Source of the DNA: Caecitellus pseudoparvulus
Taxonomy: Eukaryota; Protista; Bigyra: Bicosoecida
DNA: 64,000 nucleotides
Reading direction: 5' to 3'
Assembly (NCBI GenBank): GCA_965644315.1
Contig: CBFFRQ010000149.1
Location: 1 to 64,000 of the forward strand
Below the pieces are notes generated by a model that was not told where the DNA came from, searched no databases, and saw nothing but the letters and a program-made list of their open reading frames with translations. This document shows positions 12,355 to 23,977 of the stretch, piece after piece (the first letter of the stretch is position 1; every line of letters starts with the position of its first letter). The translations under genes were made by a program, and so were the position numbers.

Positions 12355-13146
12355 GCCACTCGAGTGTGCTGCAGAGTGTGCAGATGCCAGCGTAGCCTGC
12401 ACGAGCTTGGCACTGCCAGACTCGCAGCCAGTCGGCGGGCCCGCGGCAGGGCGCTTCGGGCCTGGGCGTGTGACTGGCCGAGAAGCCAGTGGGCGAAGCG
12501 CGAGGTTGGCGTTGCGGCTTTTGGTGCCAGTGCACTTCGACCAGCTCAAGGGGCTGGGCAGGCCCGACGCCGACGAGTCAGAGGCCACCGGGGTAAAATT
12601 AACTCTCCTGAAACGTGTTTGGATTGTGCGAGGGCCACCAGACCACCACCTACTTCCACCAGCACATTGCTGAGCCTCGTGTGTGTGGCAAGGGAGGCAC
12701 GCGAACTGCTGGGGCACTGCACGAGAGCACTGAAGCACACAGGGCGAGTGGTAGGCCTCGCAAAGCCCCAGAAGCCCTGAAACGACACACAATCCCCTCT
12801 TGTGTGACTCACCCTGCGCCTATGGTCCCACCGACATTGCTGGGAGCCAACACAGCATCTCGAGAGCCACAGGCCCATCTTGAAGCCAGGCGTGGCGACG
12901 CTGCGCACACCCTCTGCCAGCGCCCCAGCTTGCGCCCCTACATTGCAGCGGCCACTGCAAACTGCCAGAGGTAGATCTGTGGGCAGGCCAATGGCCGCTT
13001 GGGCTGCCGCTGCCCTCTGGGGCAGCTCTGGGCTCCGTCCCGGCAAGCTGGGACGGAGCCTTCCCAACCTCGCTCCGCCAGGCCCGAAGCTGCAACGCCT
13101 CTGGAAAAGGGGCCCCCCTGCTTCTCTGGCCTCGGGGCAGAATGCT

Positions 13147-16126
13147 ATGCGTTGTTCTTTTCTTGTCTTTGTGATTCTTTTCTTGCGTGCTTGTGCGGTG
13201 CCCGTGTCGGCGCCGCCTGATCTGGCTGGCGTCCACTTCCTCTCGTACTCTCCACTTTCGGACACCACGCCACTGGGCAGCCCAATGGAGCTGCCCACCC
13301 CTCTAGCCCTTGCCATAGCTGCGGCAAACATGTCCTTGCACCTGCATGCGGCGCACATGGGCCTCCAGCGAGACTTCCTGCGCCTGGACTTCAACTTGAC
13401 GTTTTCCGGACCCGCCCTGTCGGATTCCTCTGCGCCCCACTGGCCCCAGGTGCAATACGAGGCCAACTGGCTTGTGGCTGCCCGAGTCAGCGGTAACGCC
13501 AGCTGGACTGTGCCGATTGGCGCTCCCAATGGCACTATCGGCATGCCTGCCACATGCCCCCCGAGCGCCGATACGCCAGGGCTTCCAGCCCCACACCGCC
13601 TGATGCTGCAGTCCGCTCAAGGGAACTCCACTGTGCCCTTGGTACTGCCATCCTGCGCGAACGTGCTGCTGTCTATTCAGCTCGCGTGGCGGCGTGGCGA
13701 GCTGGAGCCTCGGCTTGCCTGCAATGGCGTGCATGTGTGGCGGGGTTCTGCGTGGCACGTGCTGGACCCGCTGCACGTCTGTGGCGCAGGCTTCGCGGCA
13801 GGGCACCCTGTGCTGCCGTCCCTACCTGGCACGGCATTCTCGTGGCCACATGCGACTTGGTCGCCTCTGTCCTGGACGCTTCCACAGCACCCAGTGCGCG
13901 CCGTGCTGCATGTGCCCTTGCAGCGGCTGCTGTCGCCGTCCCCTGCTGAGCAGAGCACGCGTTGGCTGCTTGCATCCCTGGCCATCACAGACGGCGCCCT
14001 GGTTGGTATGGCACTCAATGCGTCAGTGAGAGTGAACTCGCTGCACGGCCACGCCGCAAGTTGGGCTGTGGGCGGAGCAGGGCAGCAGCCTTTGTCTGTC
14101 CCTAGCCCAATCCGCATCATGCCAACAGCGCAGGCCATCGTGCAGGTGGAGGCTGGCATGGAGCATACATGTGCTGTATACCGCGAGGGGCGGCTAAAAT
14201 GCTGGGGTTTTAACGGCCCTAACCCTGACTTTGACGGCGCAGGGGCGGGGAGACTGGGGTATGGTGACACGCGCACGCGGGGCCAGCGGGAGCACCTGAA
14301 GGACATAGAGTTCGTCGACGTGGGGGGTGTTGTCATGGACGTTGTGACTGGTGGCTTGCACTCGTGTGTGCGGCTGGTGAGTGGTCAGGTGCGGTGCTGG
14401 GGCTCGAACTTTGCAGGGCAGCTTGGCGTGGGGCACTTGTTGGATGTGGGCGCAGTGAACACGCCCGCCGAGGCTGGCTTGGTGGGCCTCACCTTTGCGC
14501 CGGTGGCCTTGTCCATCGGCGCGTTCACCACGTGCGCCCTGGCACCCGATGCCAGGGCGCACTGCTGGGGTTCCAACTTGGGCTGGCAGCTGTCCCCTGG
14601 TCAGCTGGAATACCCCACCGTGCCTGTTGTCCCAGCGCCTGGAATGGCACCTCCAGTCGAGGTGCCGGGAGGCATAGCGTCGATGCGAGTGCACAGTGAC
14701 GGTATTTGCGCCGTGTCGCGGCTTGGGGCAGTGTACTGCTGGGGTGAGCACGACCCTGCGAAATCTGGGTTCTTCTCCGGAGGCTTCGGGATCCTGGGTG
14801 TTGGAGGGGGAGTGCTGGGCCGCGGCAATGCCTTGGGACAGGTGCCCGCTGTGCTTGGCCCCGTGCCGCTGGGGGAAGCCGTGATGAAAGTCGAAGGCGG
14901 CTACTATCACGTCTGCGCCTTGACCCCCGCTGGACGAGTGCGGTGTTGGGGCGCTAACGGGCCATACGCGCCCAACTCAGTGCGCCTCTTCGGGCGTCTG
15001 GGAGCTGGGCACAGCGAGAGCATCGGCGACAACGAGCCTGCATCTGAGTCAGTGTACGTGCCCTTGCCTGGGCCAGCAACTGACATCTGTGCTGGGCTGG
15101 GCATGTCCTGCGCGCTGATCATGCACCCTGACGAAGGGCAGGGCATTATATGCTGGGGCGAGAGCGGCACAGGGCCCCTTGGGGCAGGCATGTTTATCAG
15201 CACGGGGTATGCAACTGGGCCGAGCGCGCCACGAGTGGACAGCATGGGGCTGATCCCCCTTCCGGGCGTGCCTGTATCACTCACCTGCGGCGCATACCAT
15301 GTGTGTGCGCTCTTTAGGCACGGTGGGTTGCTGTGCTGGGGGCCGGGGCTGAACGGCCTCCTTGGCCGCGCATCAGGCGCTATTCTGGGCGATGATGAAA
15401 CGCTGGAAAAGCTGCCGTTTGTGAGGGAGAGCACCCCAGTGCCGCCTCAACTGCTGCCGTGGGCCATTCTCACCCAGCGCCGTCGGCTACGCGCCGTGCA
15501 GGGCAGTGCAGCTTTGCAGCACGCTTGTGCTCGTTTTGAGGGTGGCAATGTGCGTTGTTGGGGGCGGGGATCTGGCTTTGAGTTGGGGGGCTCTGGGCCA
15601 GACGTCCTGGGCGACGACGAACACATGGACACGGCCATCACAGTGCCGCTTGGACACAGGTCGGCGGCAGTGAATGTGGGGCACCAGTACTCCTGTTCTG
15701 TTGGAACGGATGGGTCCTTGGTGTGTTGGGGTGACAACAGCTTCGGGCAGTTGGGTGTGGGGGACACTGAAGAGCGCCCTCTGGCGTCATACTACACTGG
15801 CGCAGCCACTGCCGAGCCTGTCGTCTTCCCAGCGCCAGCAGTCGCAGTGTCAGCGGGAGTTGAACACACCTGTGCAGTGTTGAGTACACAGGCGCTGTAC
15901 TGCTGGGGCTCGAATCATCAGTGGAAGGCAGGTCACCCAAGCTTGACCCAGATCGGCCAGTCCCCAAGCACCCTCCCTGGCGACGTCGGGCATGTTGAGG
16001 AAGTGGGCCCAGTGACAAGTGTGGGGGCTTCTGACGACTTCACATGCGCGTCCATGGTGAATGGCAGTGCACTATGCTGGGGATTGAACCGCTTTGGGCA
16101 AATTGGGGGAGGCGCACTGCGCTATT
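13147..16126 (+). pseudogene. 5' part of a host RCC1-repeat/IPT/multi-TM protein gene, interrupted by the provirophage
   Basis: Signal-like MRCSFLVFVILFLRACA, then many HxC...CWG.N..GQLG RCC1 repeats. The frame stops at the element edge (GGGALRY*) and resumes in frame after 54816. Confidence 0.85.
16122..16126. repeat. Left target-site duplication CTATT (outer element)
   Basis: CTATT immediately precedes the TIR start AACAACAAAGG; identical copy at 54812-54816. Confidence 0.95.
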
Positions 16127-16816
16127 AACAACAAAGGAGGAAGGAGATTATTTCGCTCCGCTTATTTCTCATTCCTCCTCCTTGCTCCGCATTTAATTTC
16201 TGCGAAATTATATTTTATGGTATTTCTCATATGGGAAATTAAAAGGATTTTCGTAAGAAAATATTATAATATAAAGTCCCCAAAAAAAAATAATATTTTT
16301 TATAAATAATAAAATAAAAATAGTTTTTCTTTTTTAGGGATTTATCCCTTATTTAGTCCCTAATAATAAAAATATAAATAATTAAAGTTTTTAGGGTTAA
16401 AATTTTAAAATTACCCCAAAAAAAAATAATATCTTTCAGAAATAATAAAATAAAAAAAGTTTTTTTTTTAGGGATTTAACCCTTATTTTTACCCTAAAAC
16501 AGTATAACCTTCTAAAAGCATATAAAACCTTCATACATTCGCTCAATCAATAAATTTTTAAAAAATAAATAAAAATAGTTAGGGATATAAAAAGTGCTAG
16601 GGAAAATATATATTTATTCAATCAGTCAATTAATTATTTTATTAATCAGTCAATCAATCAATAAAATAGGCTTCATCAAATGAGATATTAAAAGGCATCA
16701 CCAATAAAATAAATAATAGAGTATATAATAAAAGCCTCTTCAATTGTTATTTTTTTATTATTTTTATACTTAAACAAAACCACTTAAAGATTTATTTATA
16801 TGGGATATTATATGGA
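16127..16816 (+). repeat. Left TIR of outer element (690 bp)
   Basis: Reverse complement of 54120-54811; the only difference noticed is one homopolymer length (T10 vs A12). Confidence 0.95.
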
Positions 16817-16878
16817 AATTAGACAAAAAATAAATAAGTTATTATAAAATAATTTATTTATTAGTATATTTATAAAAA

Positions 16879-17298
16879 TTATTCATTCTTTTGCTTTTGT
16901 GATTGATAACGTGTTTTGGCTTGTTGTAATATTTTTTGTTTATTGGCTTCATAATATGCTTTTTTATTTTGTAATATTTTTTGTTTGTTAATTTGATAGC
17001 GTGTTTTGGCTTGTTGCAGTATTTCTTCTTTTGTTCTATTTGGAATAATTTTATTTACACATTCTGTATTTTCAATATAGTATCGCTCCCTTGCGTGCAA
17101 TTCCTCTTTACTTTCACACGGAAAATTTTCAATAAGAATAATATCAAAATCATTATATTTAACTAATTGTCTGGATGAGCAGTTTTTCCTCCTTATGTGT
17201 TGATGTTTTCTTTTGAATAAATTTTGAGTAGTTGAGCCAATATAAGTTAATCCACCACCAACAAGCTTATATATTTTACCGTTTTTATAATTTACCAT
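16879..17298 (-). CDS. GIY-YIG endonuclease (copy 1)
   Basis: KIYKL...TYIGST...ELHARERYYI...CVN motif set, with C-terminal basic repeats. Confidence 0.8.
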   Translation of the reverse strand: MVNYKNGKIYKLVGGGLTYIGSTTQNLFKRKHQHIRRKNCSSRQLVKYNDFDIILIENFPCESKEELHARERYYIENTECVNKIIPNRTKEEILQQAKTRYQINKQKILQNKKAYYEANKQKILQQAKTRYQSQKQKNE

Positions 17299-17374
17299 TT
17301 TATTAATTATATATAGTTTTCCTTTTAAGTATTTTATAATAATTTATTTATTATTTTTTTACTTAAATAAAATC

Positions 17375-17383
17375 ACTTAAAGA
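17375..17383 (+). promoter_or_regulatory. ACTTAAAGA putative promoter motif (representative copy)
   Basis: Recurs ~21-29 nt upstream of ATGs at 16782, 17375, 19185, 19707, 22192 and 24335, with variants at 23941 and 26622, and on the minus strand at 53469 and 54146. Confidence 0.65.
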
Positions 17384-17412
17384 TTTAATTATATGATATG
17401 TTATAATATAGT

Positions 17413-19134
17413 ATGGAAATTTTTAATTTTGAAGAATTTAAAAAGTATATTGCAAATGACGAGGCTAAATGGAAAGCTCAAAACTTAGATAATAAAAAGT
17501 TTAATGAAATTAAGAAAATAAAACATTTTGAAGCGTGTGAATATTTAGAATCAAAAGAATATATTAAAAGAACTATATATTTAATTAATGATGATTATAT
17601 AACAGGTGGTCAAATTGTTTCAAAATCATCATTTGACCCAAAAATTAGGAGATTTCCCAAGGTTATTAAAGATTGGTTTAATTATGAATATTCTAATTTT
17701 AAAACACCAGTAATTAAAACGGATAAAGAGGAATTATTACCAAATGAATTTAATTTATTACCTGAAGGATTACATAAATATAAACCATTCAAAGATTTTG
17801 ATAAAGAAGCAAAAAAATATGCATTATATTTTCTAAATGAATATATACGCCCTGTATTGTGTAATAATAACGAAGAGTATTATAAATATATCATAAATTG
17901 GCTTTCATATATGATTCAAGGAAATAAAAATGATTCTATGTTGGTTTTAAAAGGTATTGAAGGATGTGGAAAATCAACATTTACGAAAATGATATGTGAT
18001 AATATTCTGGGGCGTCAAAGAACGCAGAAAGCATCATCAAAGCCTTTGACTGGTGGATTTAATAGCGAATTAATGGGCAAACAGTTTGTATATTTTGAAG
18101 AATTACGAGCAGGAAGTAAAACCGAGCAAGAAATGGCGTCAAGTGCTTTAAAAGATATGATTACGGACGAATATATGAATTATGAAGCCAAATATAAAAC
18201 ATCCTTAAATAATATTAAAAATGTTTCAAATTTTGTAAGCTTATCTAATAATTACTACGCAATTAAAGATAACCAAGGAAGGCGATATTTTATATTAGAT
18301 ATTAATACATCTCATTATAATAATAAAGAATTATGGGATAATATATATAAAAAATGTTTAAATAAAGAAGTTGGACACGCTCTATTTTGTTATTTTATGG
18401 AAGTAGATGTAAAAAATTTTAGATCACAAAAAATGCCACTAACCGAAAATAAAATATCAAGTTTTATAAAATCCTACACGCCTGAAATTGTATTTATTAG
18501 AGAAAAATATTTATTTACAAAAATCCCAATGAATATTAAAACAAATGATTTATATAATGAGTTTTTAGACTATACAGAAGTAAATAAACCATCAAAAAAA
18601 TCATATTTCTATGACAAATTAAAGCATTATGGTTTGCAATTCAGAAAATCAAATGGATTTAATAAATATATTTATAGTCCTGTAGAATTACAAGAATTAG
18701 CCGATAAATTTAAATGGAGTTTTATTGATGAAGCTGAAAAACACGAAAAGGAAGAAGGAATAAAAGAAGATGAAGAATATACAAGAGAACAAGAATTAAT
18801 AAATAATCAATCAAAAAGAATAAAAGAACAAGCCGAAGAAATAAAACGATTAAAAAAGGAATTAGAAAAATTAAAAATTAAAGAACTTCCAGAATATGAA
18901 CCAAAAATAAAAGAGCCAAAAGAAAAGCAAGAAAAAAATAAAAAAATTGAAGAAGTAATTAATAAAGTTCAAGAAGAAGAAGAAGAAGAAGACGAAAAAT
19001 TAAGCGATTACGCAAAAAATATAATAAATGATGTAGCTAATAATATAAACGAAGAAAAAGAAAATTTAACAAAACCAAAAATAAACAATAAAGTAAATGA
19101 CCCATTCAAACATATTGAAGGGCTTTTTAATTAA
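17413..19134 (+). CDS. SF3 (D5-like) helicase, outer element
   Basis: Walker A GIEGCGKST, Walker B FVYFEE, motif C SLSNN, RRY arginine finger; charged C-terminal tail. Confidence 0.85.
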   Translation: MEIFNFEEFKKYIANDEAKWKAQNLDNKKFNEIKKIKHFEACEYLESKEYIKRTIYLINDDYITGGQIVSKSSFDPKIRRFPKVIKDWFNYEYSNFKTPVIKTDKEELLPNEFNLLPEGLHKYKPFKDFDKEAKKYALYFLNEYIRPVLCNNNEEYYKYIINWLSYMIQGNKNDSMLVLKGIEGCGKSTFTKMICDNILGRQRTQKASSKPLTGGFNSELMGKQFVYFEELRAGSKTEQEMASSALKDMITDEYMNYEAKYKTSLNNIKNVSNFVSLSNNYYAIKDNQGRRYFILDINTSHYNNKELWDNIYKKCLNKEVGHALFCYFMEVDVKNFRSQKMPLTENKISSFIKSYTPEIVFIREKYLFTKIPMNIKTNDLYNEFLDYTEVNKPSKKSYFYDKLKHYGLQFRKSNGFNKYIYSPVELQELADKFKWSFIDEAEKHEKEEGIKEDEEYTREQELINNQSKRIKEQAEEIKRLKKELEKLKIKELPEYEPKIKEPKEKQEKNKKIEEVINKVQEEEEEEDEKLSDYAKNIINDVANNINEEKENLTKPKINNKVNDPFKHIEGLFN

Positions 19135-19202
19135 TAATATAATTTACTTTAATTTTTTAATTAATAAAATTATAAATTTAAACCACTTAAAGAAATAATT
19201 AT

Positions 19203-19634
19203 ATGGTATATTATACAATGGCACAAAATAAATTTAAAAATGTTAAATTAGTTAATAAAGGAATAGATTATAACCCATTACGAAAAGAGGTTGAAAAAGA
19301 TTTATACTTATATAATAAGTTAAATGAAAACCATAAAGAAGGGGACAAAATACATAAATTAACAACAAATACGAAGGATTCCTCCGAACTAGTGTTTAAA
19401 GTCGTTGAAGCAGTAATAAAGGATATACCAAATAATAAATTTCATTTGGCTTTAACATATACCACAAAATACGGCAGATTTACGGAATATGTAGGATTTG
19501 ATATAACAAAATATAACGGTATAAATGATATTAAAAAAATATTTCAAGACTACGACGAATATTTACAAAGTAAAATGCAGAAAATAGATAAAGGAATGTA
19601 TGATTTAATAATAAGAATAAGTTATAAACAATAA
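19203..19634 (+). CDS. Hypothetical protein between helicase and PolB (start may be 19218)
   Basis: 143-aa ORF with upstream ACTTAAAGA; positional counterpart at 23978. Confidence 0.6.
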   Translation: MVYYTMAQNKFKNVKLVNKGIDYNPLRKEVEKDLYLYNKLNENHKEGDKIHKLTTNTKDSSELVFKVVEAVIKDIPNNKFHLALTYTTKYGRFTEYVGFDITKYNGINDIKKIFQDYDEYLQSKMQKIDKGMYDLIIRISYKQ

Positions 19635-19739
19635 GGCAATTTAAGATATAACAAAACATAATTTAATTTAATTTTTTAATTAATAAAATTATATATAATA
19701 AAAACTACTTAAAGAGATAATTATAATATTGTTTATAAA

Positions 19740-20999
19740 ATGCAAAAAATACAACTAGTAAAATATAATATATCTAATAAATGGTATTCTTACGATGGAA
19801 AGCAACATAAAATAACAGATAAGAACCCAGACCAAGGGTTTATTTTATTTAATGGTTATGAAATGAATAAAAAAGGTTTAGAAAAGTTTTATGATGATAT
19901 GAATATATGGAGCGAACAAATATATAATTTAGAACGTAAAAGCAAAACAGGCAAACAACTAACAAAAATAAACGTAGGAAAATTTAAGAGTTTAGACTCC
20001 TTATTTTTTACTTTAATTAATGATACTAAATATTTTAAAAATCAATATATTGACATTGAACACGACCCAATAACAGAAAAAGAGGAAATATACCGCCAAG
20101 GGTGCTATAATTCAGGGTTAATTTATAAAAGCAAAGAAAAAGACCCAGAAACAGGCGAACCCAAAGTATTTAAAAAAGTTAAAGCTTATGATTTTAAAAA
20201 CTTTTATTTAGGTTTATGTAATTCAACGCATAAAAATTCAATACGTAAAATACCATATAAAGAAGGCGAGGTTAAATTATTAGATAAATTAGATTTTAAT
20301 AAACCCCCTTTCGGAATGTTCAAGGTTAAAATTAAATCTTCACATCCTGATATTTTTAAAGTGTTTTCTTTTTCAAAGGATAATATTTATACACATACGG
20401 ATATAAAAACGGCTTATTTTCTAATGAAATATAAAAATATGGTTGATTCAATGGAATTAATAACAGATGAAGAAGACAACGCCATAATATACACAGAAGA
20501 TAAATTAATAACAATTGGTAATTTATTTAATTATTATTATAAGTTCATTACAGAAGGACGAAAAAAACACCCAGAAAATAAATTATTAAAATATTTAGGT
20601 TCGCATTATTACACGCGATTATATCCACAACGTAAGCCGTTTTATGTTAGCAGAGATAATCCAAAAAGTGCAATTTATCATATGCACCATATAGAATTAA
20701 GTATAATTAATGGTAAAGTAGAATCAAAATATTATATGCTTAAAACATTAGCCCCCAAAAAATCGGCAATACGTCTTCGCCCTTATGTTGAATCATACGC
20801 ACGGCATAAAATGTATAGTTTATTAATGGAATCAAAATATAAAATAAATTTAGATGATGTTATAAGAGTATATATTGACGGTGTAATTTTAAAGAAACGA
20901 ATTAAAAAAAAATTAAAACCTATTGAATTAGTAAAAGAGGAAAAATACCATAATAAAAATATTCAATTAGACGGCAACATATGCAATATAATAAATTAA
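19740..20999 (+). CDS. Short, divergent family-B (protein-primed-like) DNA polymerase, outer element
   Basis: Motif A-like AYDFKNFY, motif B-like LLKYLGSHYY, motif C-like RVYIDGV; position next to helicase and integrase. Confidence 0.65.
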   Translation: MQKIQLVKYNISNKWYSYDGKQHKITDKNPDQGFILFNGYEMNKKGLEKFYDDMNIWSEQIYNLERKSKTGKQLTKINVGKFKSLDSLFFTLINDTKYFKNQYIDIEHDPITEKEEIYRQGCYNSGLIYKSKEKDPETGEPKVFKKVKAYDFKNFYLGLCNSTHKNSIRKIPYKEGEVKLLDKLDFNKPPFGMFKVKIKSSHPDIFKVFSFSKDNIYTHTDIKTAYFLMKYKNMVDSMELITDEEDNAIIYTEDKLITIGNLFNYYYKFITEGRKKHPENKLLKYLGSHYYTRLYPQRKPFYVSRDNPKSAIYHMHHIELSIINGKVESKYYMLKTLAPKKSAIRLRPYVESYARHKMYSLLMESKYKINLDDVIRVYIDGVILKKRIKKKLKPIELVKEEKYHNKNIQLDGNICNIIN

Positions 21000-21000
21000 A

Positions 21001-21098
21001 TTATTTTTTATTTTTTTTATCAAAATCTTTTATTAGTTCCTCTGCTGTTTTTATTAATTCCGTTCGTGGCTCATATGTTGCGTCCTTCTTTCTGTAAC
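21001..21098 (-). pseudogene. Detached C-terminal chromodomain part of the outer rve integrase
   Basis: Reads (G)YRKKDATYEPRTELIKTAEELIKDFDKKNKK* and joins in frame to ...YYLVWWD at 38801. Confidence 0.9.
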
Positions 21099-21103
21099 CA
21101 TCC
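21099..21103. repeat. Left TSD CATCC (inner element)
   Basis: Identical CATCC at 38801-38805, both copies flanking the TIRs. Confidence 0.95.
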
Positions 21104-21521
21104 AAAAAAAAGGGATGGGTGGGTGTTTAGTGTAAAACACCACCCCCCGGTAGATACATACGTAATGCGTGGCTAAAGCCACTATATTTAATGGTTCATT
21201 TTATAGTAATTTAATAGTCAATAAAATATATATTATTTAAGGTATATTTAAAAACAAGAAATAGTAAATTATAGGAAATATAAAAAAGTAATAAGTTAAA
21301 ACATTATTTCCTATTTCCTTAATTTCTCTTTTTTTTATGGATTTTTAAATATTATTATAATTTTCTTAAAATAGACTTTGAGAAAGAAAATATAAGATAT
21401 AGGAAAAGTCTCTCTTAATCGCATGTGTTATACTTTTAGTGAATGAGTAAGTAAATATCTCTCTTAATTGCGGTGTGTGTCCCCTTCAAGAACAATTTAA
21501 ACGCAATATTAAAAAATAAAT
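21104..21521 (+). repeat. Left TIR of inner element (418 bp)
   Basis: Reverse complement of 38383-38800. Confidence 0.95.
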
Positions 21522-21707
21522 AACATAAAAGTGAATTATGTATTAGTAATATATATGAGTATGAAACCGAAAATTTCTATGAAAAATAGAAAATCATACT
21601 ATAAAAAGGAACTAACATTTAGTAGTAGTAAATCTTTTGTAAGGAATTTTATTATTGAAATTTAAGATGTAGAAGACCTAAAAAATGAAGATTTTTATAT
21701 ACACATA

Positions 21708-22097
21708 ATGTTATATTTTACTCATAAAAAAGAAAGTAATGAAGAATATTTAAATCATATTAAGTTAAATATAGACCTTTATTACAATTTAAGAAAAGTT
21801 TTATCTTCAGATTTACTAAATGATTATTTTCAACAAAGTGAAAATATTAATTTATATGATGAAAGGAATGAATTTAATACAACATATGGTGAACATCGTG
21901 TGAGTAAAGACAATTTTTCATTTGTAGCGTTTAAGTTAGAAAAGAAAAAGCATTTTTATGGATATAATTGCTTAACTGATGATCAATTTAATTGGTTATG
22001 GTTCATTATACATGAGTATATTAGTAGACATATGAAAAGTGGAACTAAAAATTCACGTAGTAGATACATGAACGCAATACTAAAAAATAAAGTATAA
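21708..22097 (+). CDS. Hypothetical protein
   Basis: 129-aa ORF in AT-rich DNA, followed by a hairpin at 22149-22169. Confidence 0.5.
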   Translation: MLYFTHKKESNEEYLNHIKLNIDLYYNLRKVLSSDLLNDYFQQSENINLYDERNEFNTTYGEHRVSKDNFSFVAFKLEKKKHFYGYNCLTDDQFNWLWFIIHEYISRHMKSGTKNSRSRYMNAILKNKV

Positions 22098-22229
22098 GAG
22101 TATAGTATAGGGGTTTAGTGTTTTCCCCCTTTGAGTTTTATAGAATTATCTTCATAATAATTATGAGGAGAATTTAAAAAATAAAAAAATTACTTAAAGA
22201 TAAATTTCGTATTGTAATTATAATAGCAA

Positions 22230-23933
22230 ATGGTCGTATTTAGTGTAATGACAATTAAGAATTTACTTAATGAAAACAAAATAGAAGATGTCAAACAGTA
22301 TGTGCAAAAATACTTTTTTAAGACTACAGATAGTTATTTTTTTAAGAATGTGCAAACTGGGAAATATGATAACTTCAAGCAAAAAGACTTAAGACAATAT
22401 ATCCCAAAAGATTTAACTAATCAAGATTATATTGAAGAGAACAATTTAAAATCAAATAGACAAACAAAATTTAATTTGTTTGATTATATGGTAAGTTCTG
22501 AATTTTGTGATTGTTCCAATAATGTACAATATGGTATATTTCCAGATACAGATGATGATATTGTATCCATTACAAGAAATATTAAGGGTAAAGCCTTAAC
22601 TCAAAAATATTTAAATATGGTTAAACCTTTACCTTTTGATTTAAGTGAATGTAAAGACATAAAAGATAAAGATTTTTTAAAAGAAATTGGAGTTATTGAT
22701 AATCATATTAAGGAAGTACTATGTGGGGGAAATATTGCTATGTTTGAATATTTACGTTTATTTTTTGCTTTTTCAATTGCTGGTGTAAAGGTGCGAAAAG
22801 CAATCTTTATGTTATCAGAAGAGAGAACAGGAAAAGGAATATACTTAAACTTCTTAGATCGTGTGCTTGGCGAAAGAATGCTTAAAACATCCTCAACCGA
22901 AACTATAACAAAGTACACAAAACCATTAGAAGGGGTTGTATTAGTAAATATTGATGAGCTACCAGAACTAAGAGGAAATTTACTTATACAAGATAAACTG
23001 AAAGGATTAATAACTGAAGATAAATTTGATTGCCGTGATATGTACAGTGTAGGATACACTCAAACAAATACATTTAACATAATTATAACGACAAATATTG
23101 AAGGATCAATTAATTTGAGTCAATCAAACAAAGAGCGGTATATATGCCCCGATGTATCAGACCATCGTAAAGGTGATTTTAAGTATTTCCAAAGTGTCAT
23201 TAAGGCTATGAATTGTAAGGGGGTAATACCTGCATATTTTAATCATATGAGAAAGCTTTATGAAGAAAACAAAGATTTTAATTTTGATATTATGCCAAAT
23301 TCAAGAACAAGGGATGAAAAAATTATATCTGCTCTTCCTCCTTTATACAAGTATATCAAAGATGAATTTATATTTAATAATGCTGATATGGATATAGAAT
23401 GCAAGCAATTATTGGATGAATACAATACGAACGCAAAATTTAAAATGACCCTTCATAGATTACATAAAGATTTAAAAAAGATAGGTATTATTAAAACTAC
23501 TGTATCTGTAAATGGTTCAACAAAGAGAAAATTTATTGTACCTGTTGAAACATTACGCAAAATATTTATAAGTAAAAGATGGTATGACCCAGAAATAGAA
23601 GATGATGAAGCACCAGAAGAAGAGGTATCAGTTGATGACATGGATTATATTAAAGTTTTGTATGCAAAACATCCTGAAAAGTTCAAAGAGTTTATGTCAA
23701 TTTTAGAAGGGAAGAAACCAAAACCAATAACAGTAGAATCAAAAAAATCAAAACCAAAAAAAGTTAAATTATCTGAAAACAAGAAAATATTCAAGAAAGA
23801 AAAGGAAGCCAAAGCAAAAGCAAAGAAAGAGAAAACAGAAAAGGAAATTAAAGAATACAAAAAGAAAGCAACAAAAGCAAGTAAGAACGGAAAATTAATA
23901 ACTAAAGAAAATGATAATTTAGGAATTTTTTAA
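22230..23933 (+). CDS. SF3 (D5-like) helicase, inner element
   Basis: Variant Walker A SEERTGKG, Walker B VNIDE, motif C IITTN; collinear with the 17413 helicase. Confidence 0.8.
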   Translation: MVVFSVMTIKNLLNENKIEDVKQYVQKYFFKTTDSYFFKNVQTGKYDNFKQKDLRQYIPKDLTNQDYIEENNLKSNRQTKFNLFDYMVSSEFCDCSNNVQYGIFPDTDDDIVSITRNIKGKALTQKYLNMVKPLPFDLSECKDIKDKDFLKEIGVIDNHIKEVLCGGNIAMFEYLRLFFAFSIAGVKVRKAIFMLSEERTGKGIYLNFLDRVLGERMLKTSSTETITKYTKPLEGVVLVNIDELPELRGNLLIQDKLKGLITEDKFDCRDMYSVGYTQTNTFNIIITTNIEGSINLSQSNKERYICPDVSDHRKGDFKYFQSVIKAMNCKGVIPAYFNHMRKLYEENKDFNFDIMPNSRTRDEKIISALPPLYKYIKDEFIFNNADMDIECKQLLDEYNTNAKFKMTLHRLHKDLKKIGIIKTTVSVNGSTKRKFIVPVETLRKIFISKRWYDPEIEDDEAPEEEVSVDDMDYIKVLYAKHPEKFKEFMSILEGKKPKPITVESKKSKPKKVKLSENKKIFKKEKEAKAKAKKEKTEKEIKEYKKKATKASKNGKLITKENDNLGIF

Positions 23934-23977
23934 TTAAATGACCTAAGGATAAATTACGTATTTACGATATAATAGAT

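Noticed and set aside
21500-22097. AACGCAATA(T/C)TAAAAAATAAA present at the inner TIR end and again at the end of ORF 21708
   Set aside because: Short and AT-rich; it may be a relic duplication but is too weak to interpret.
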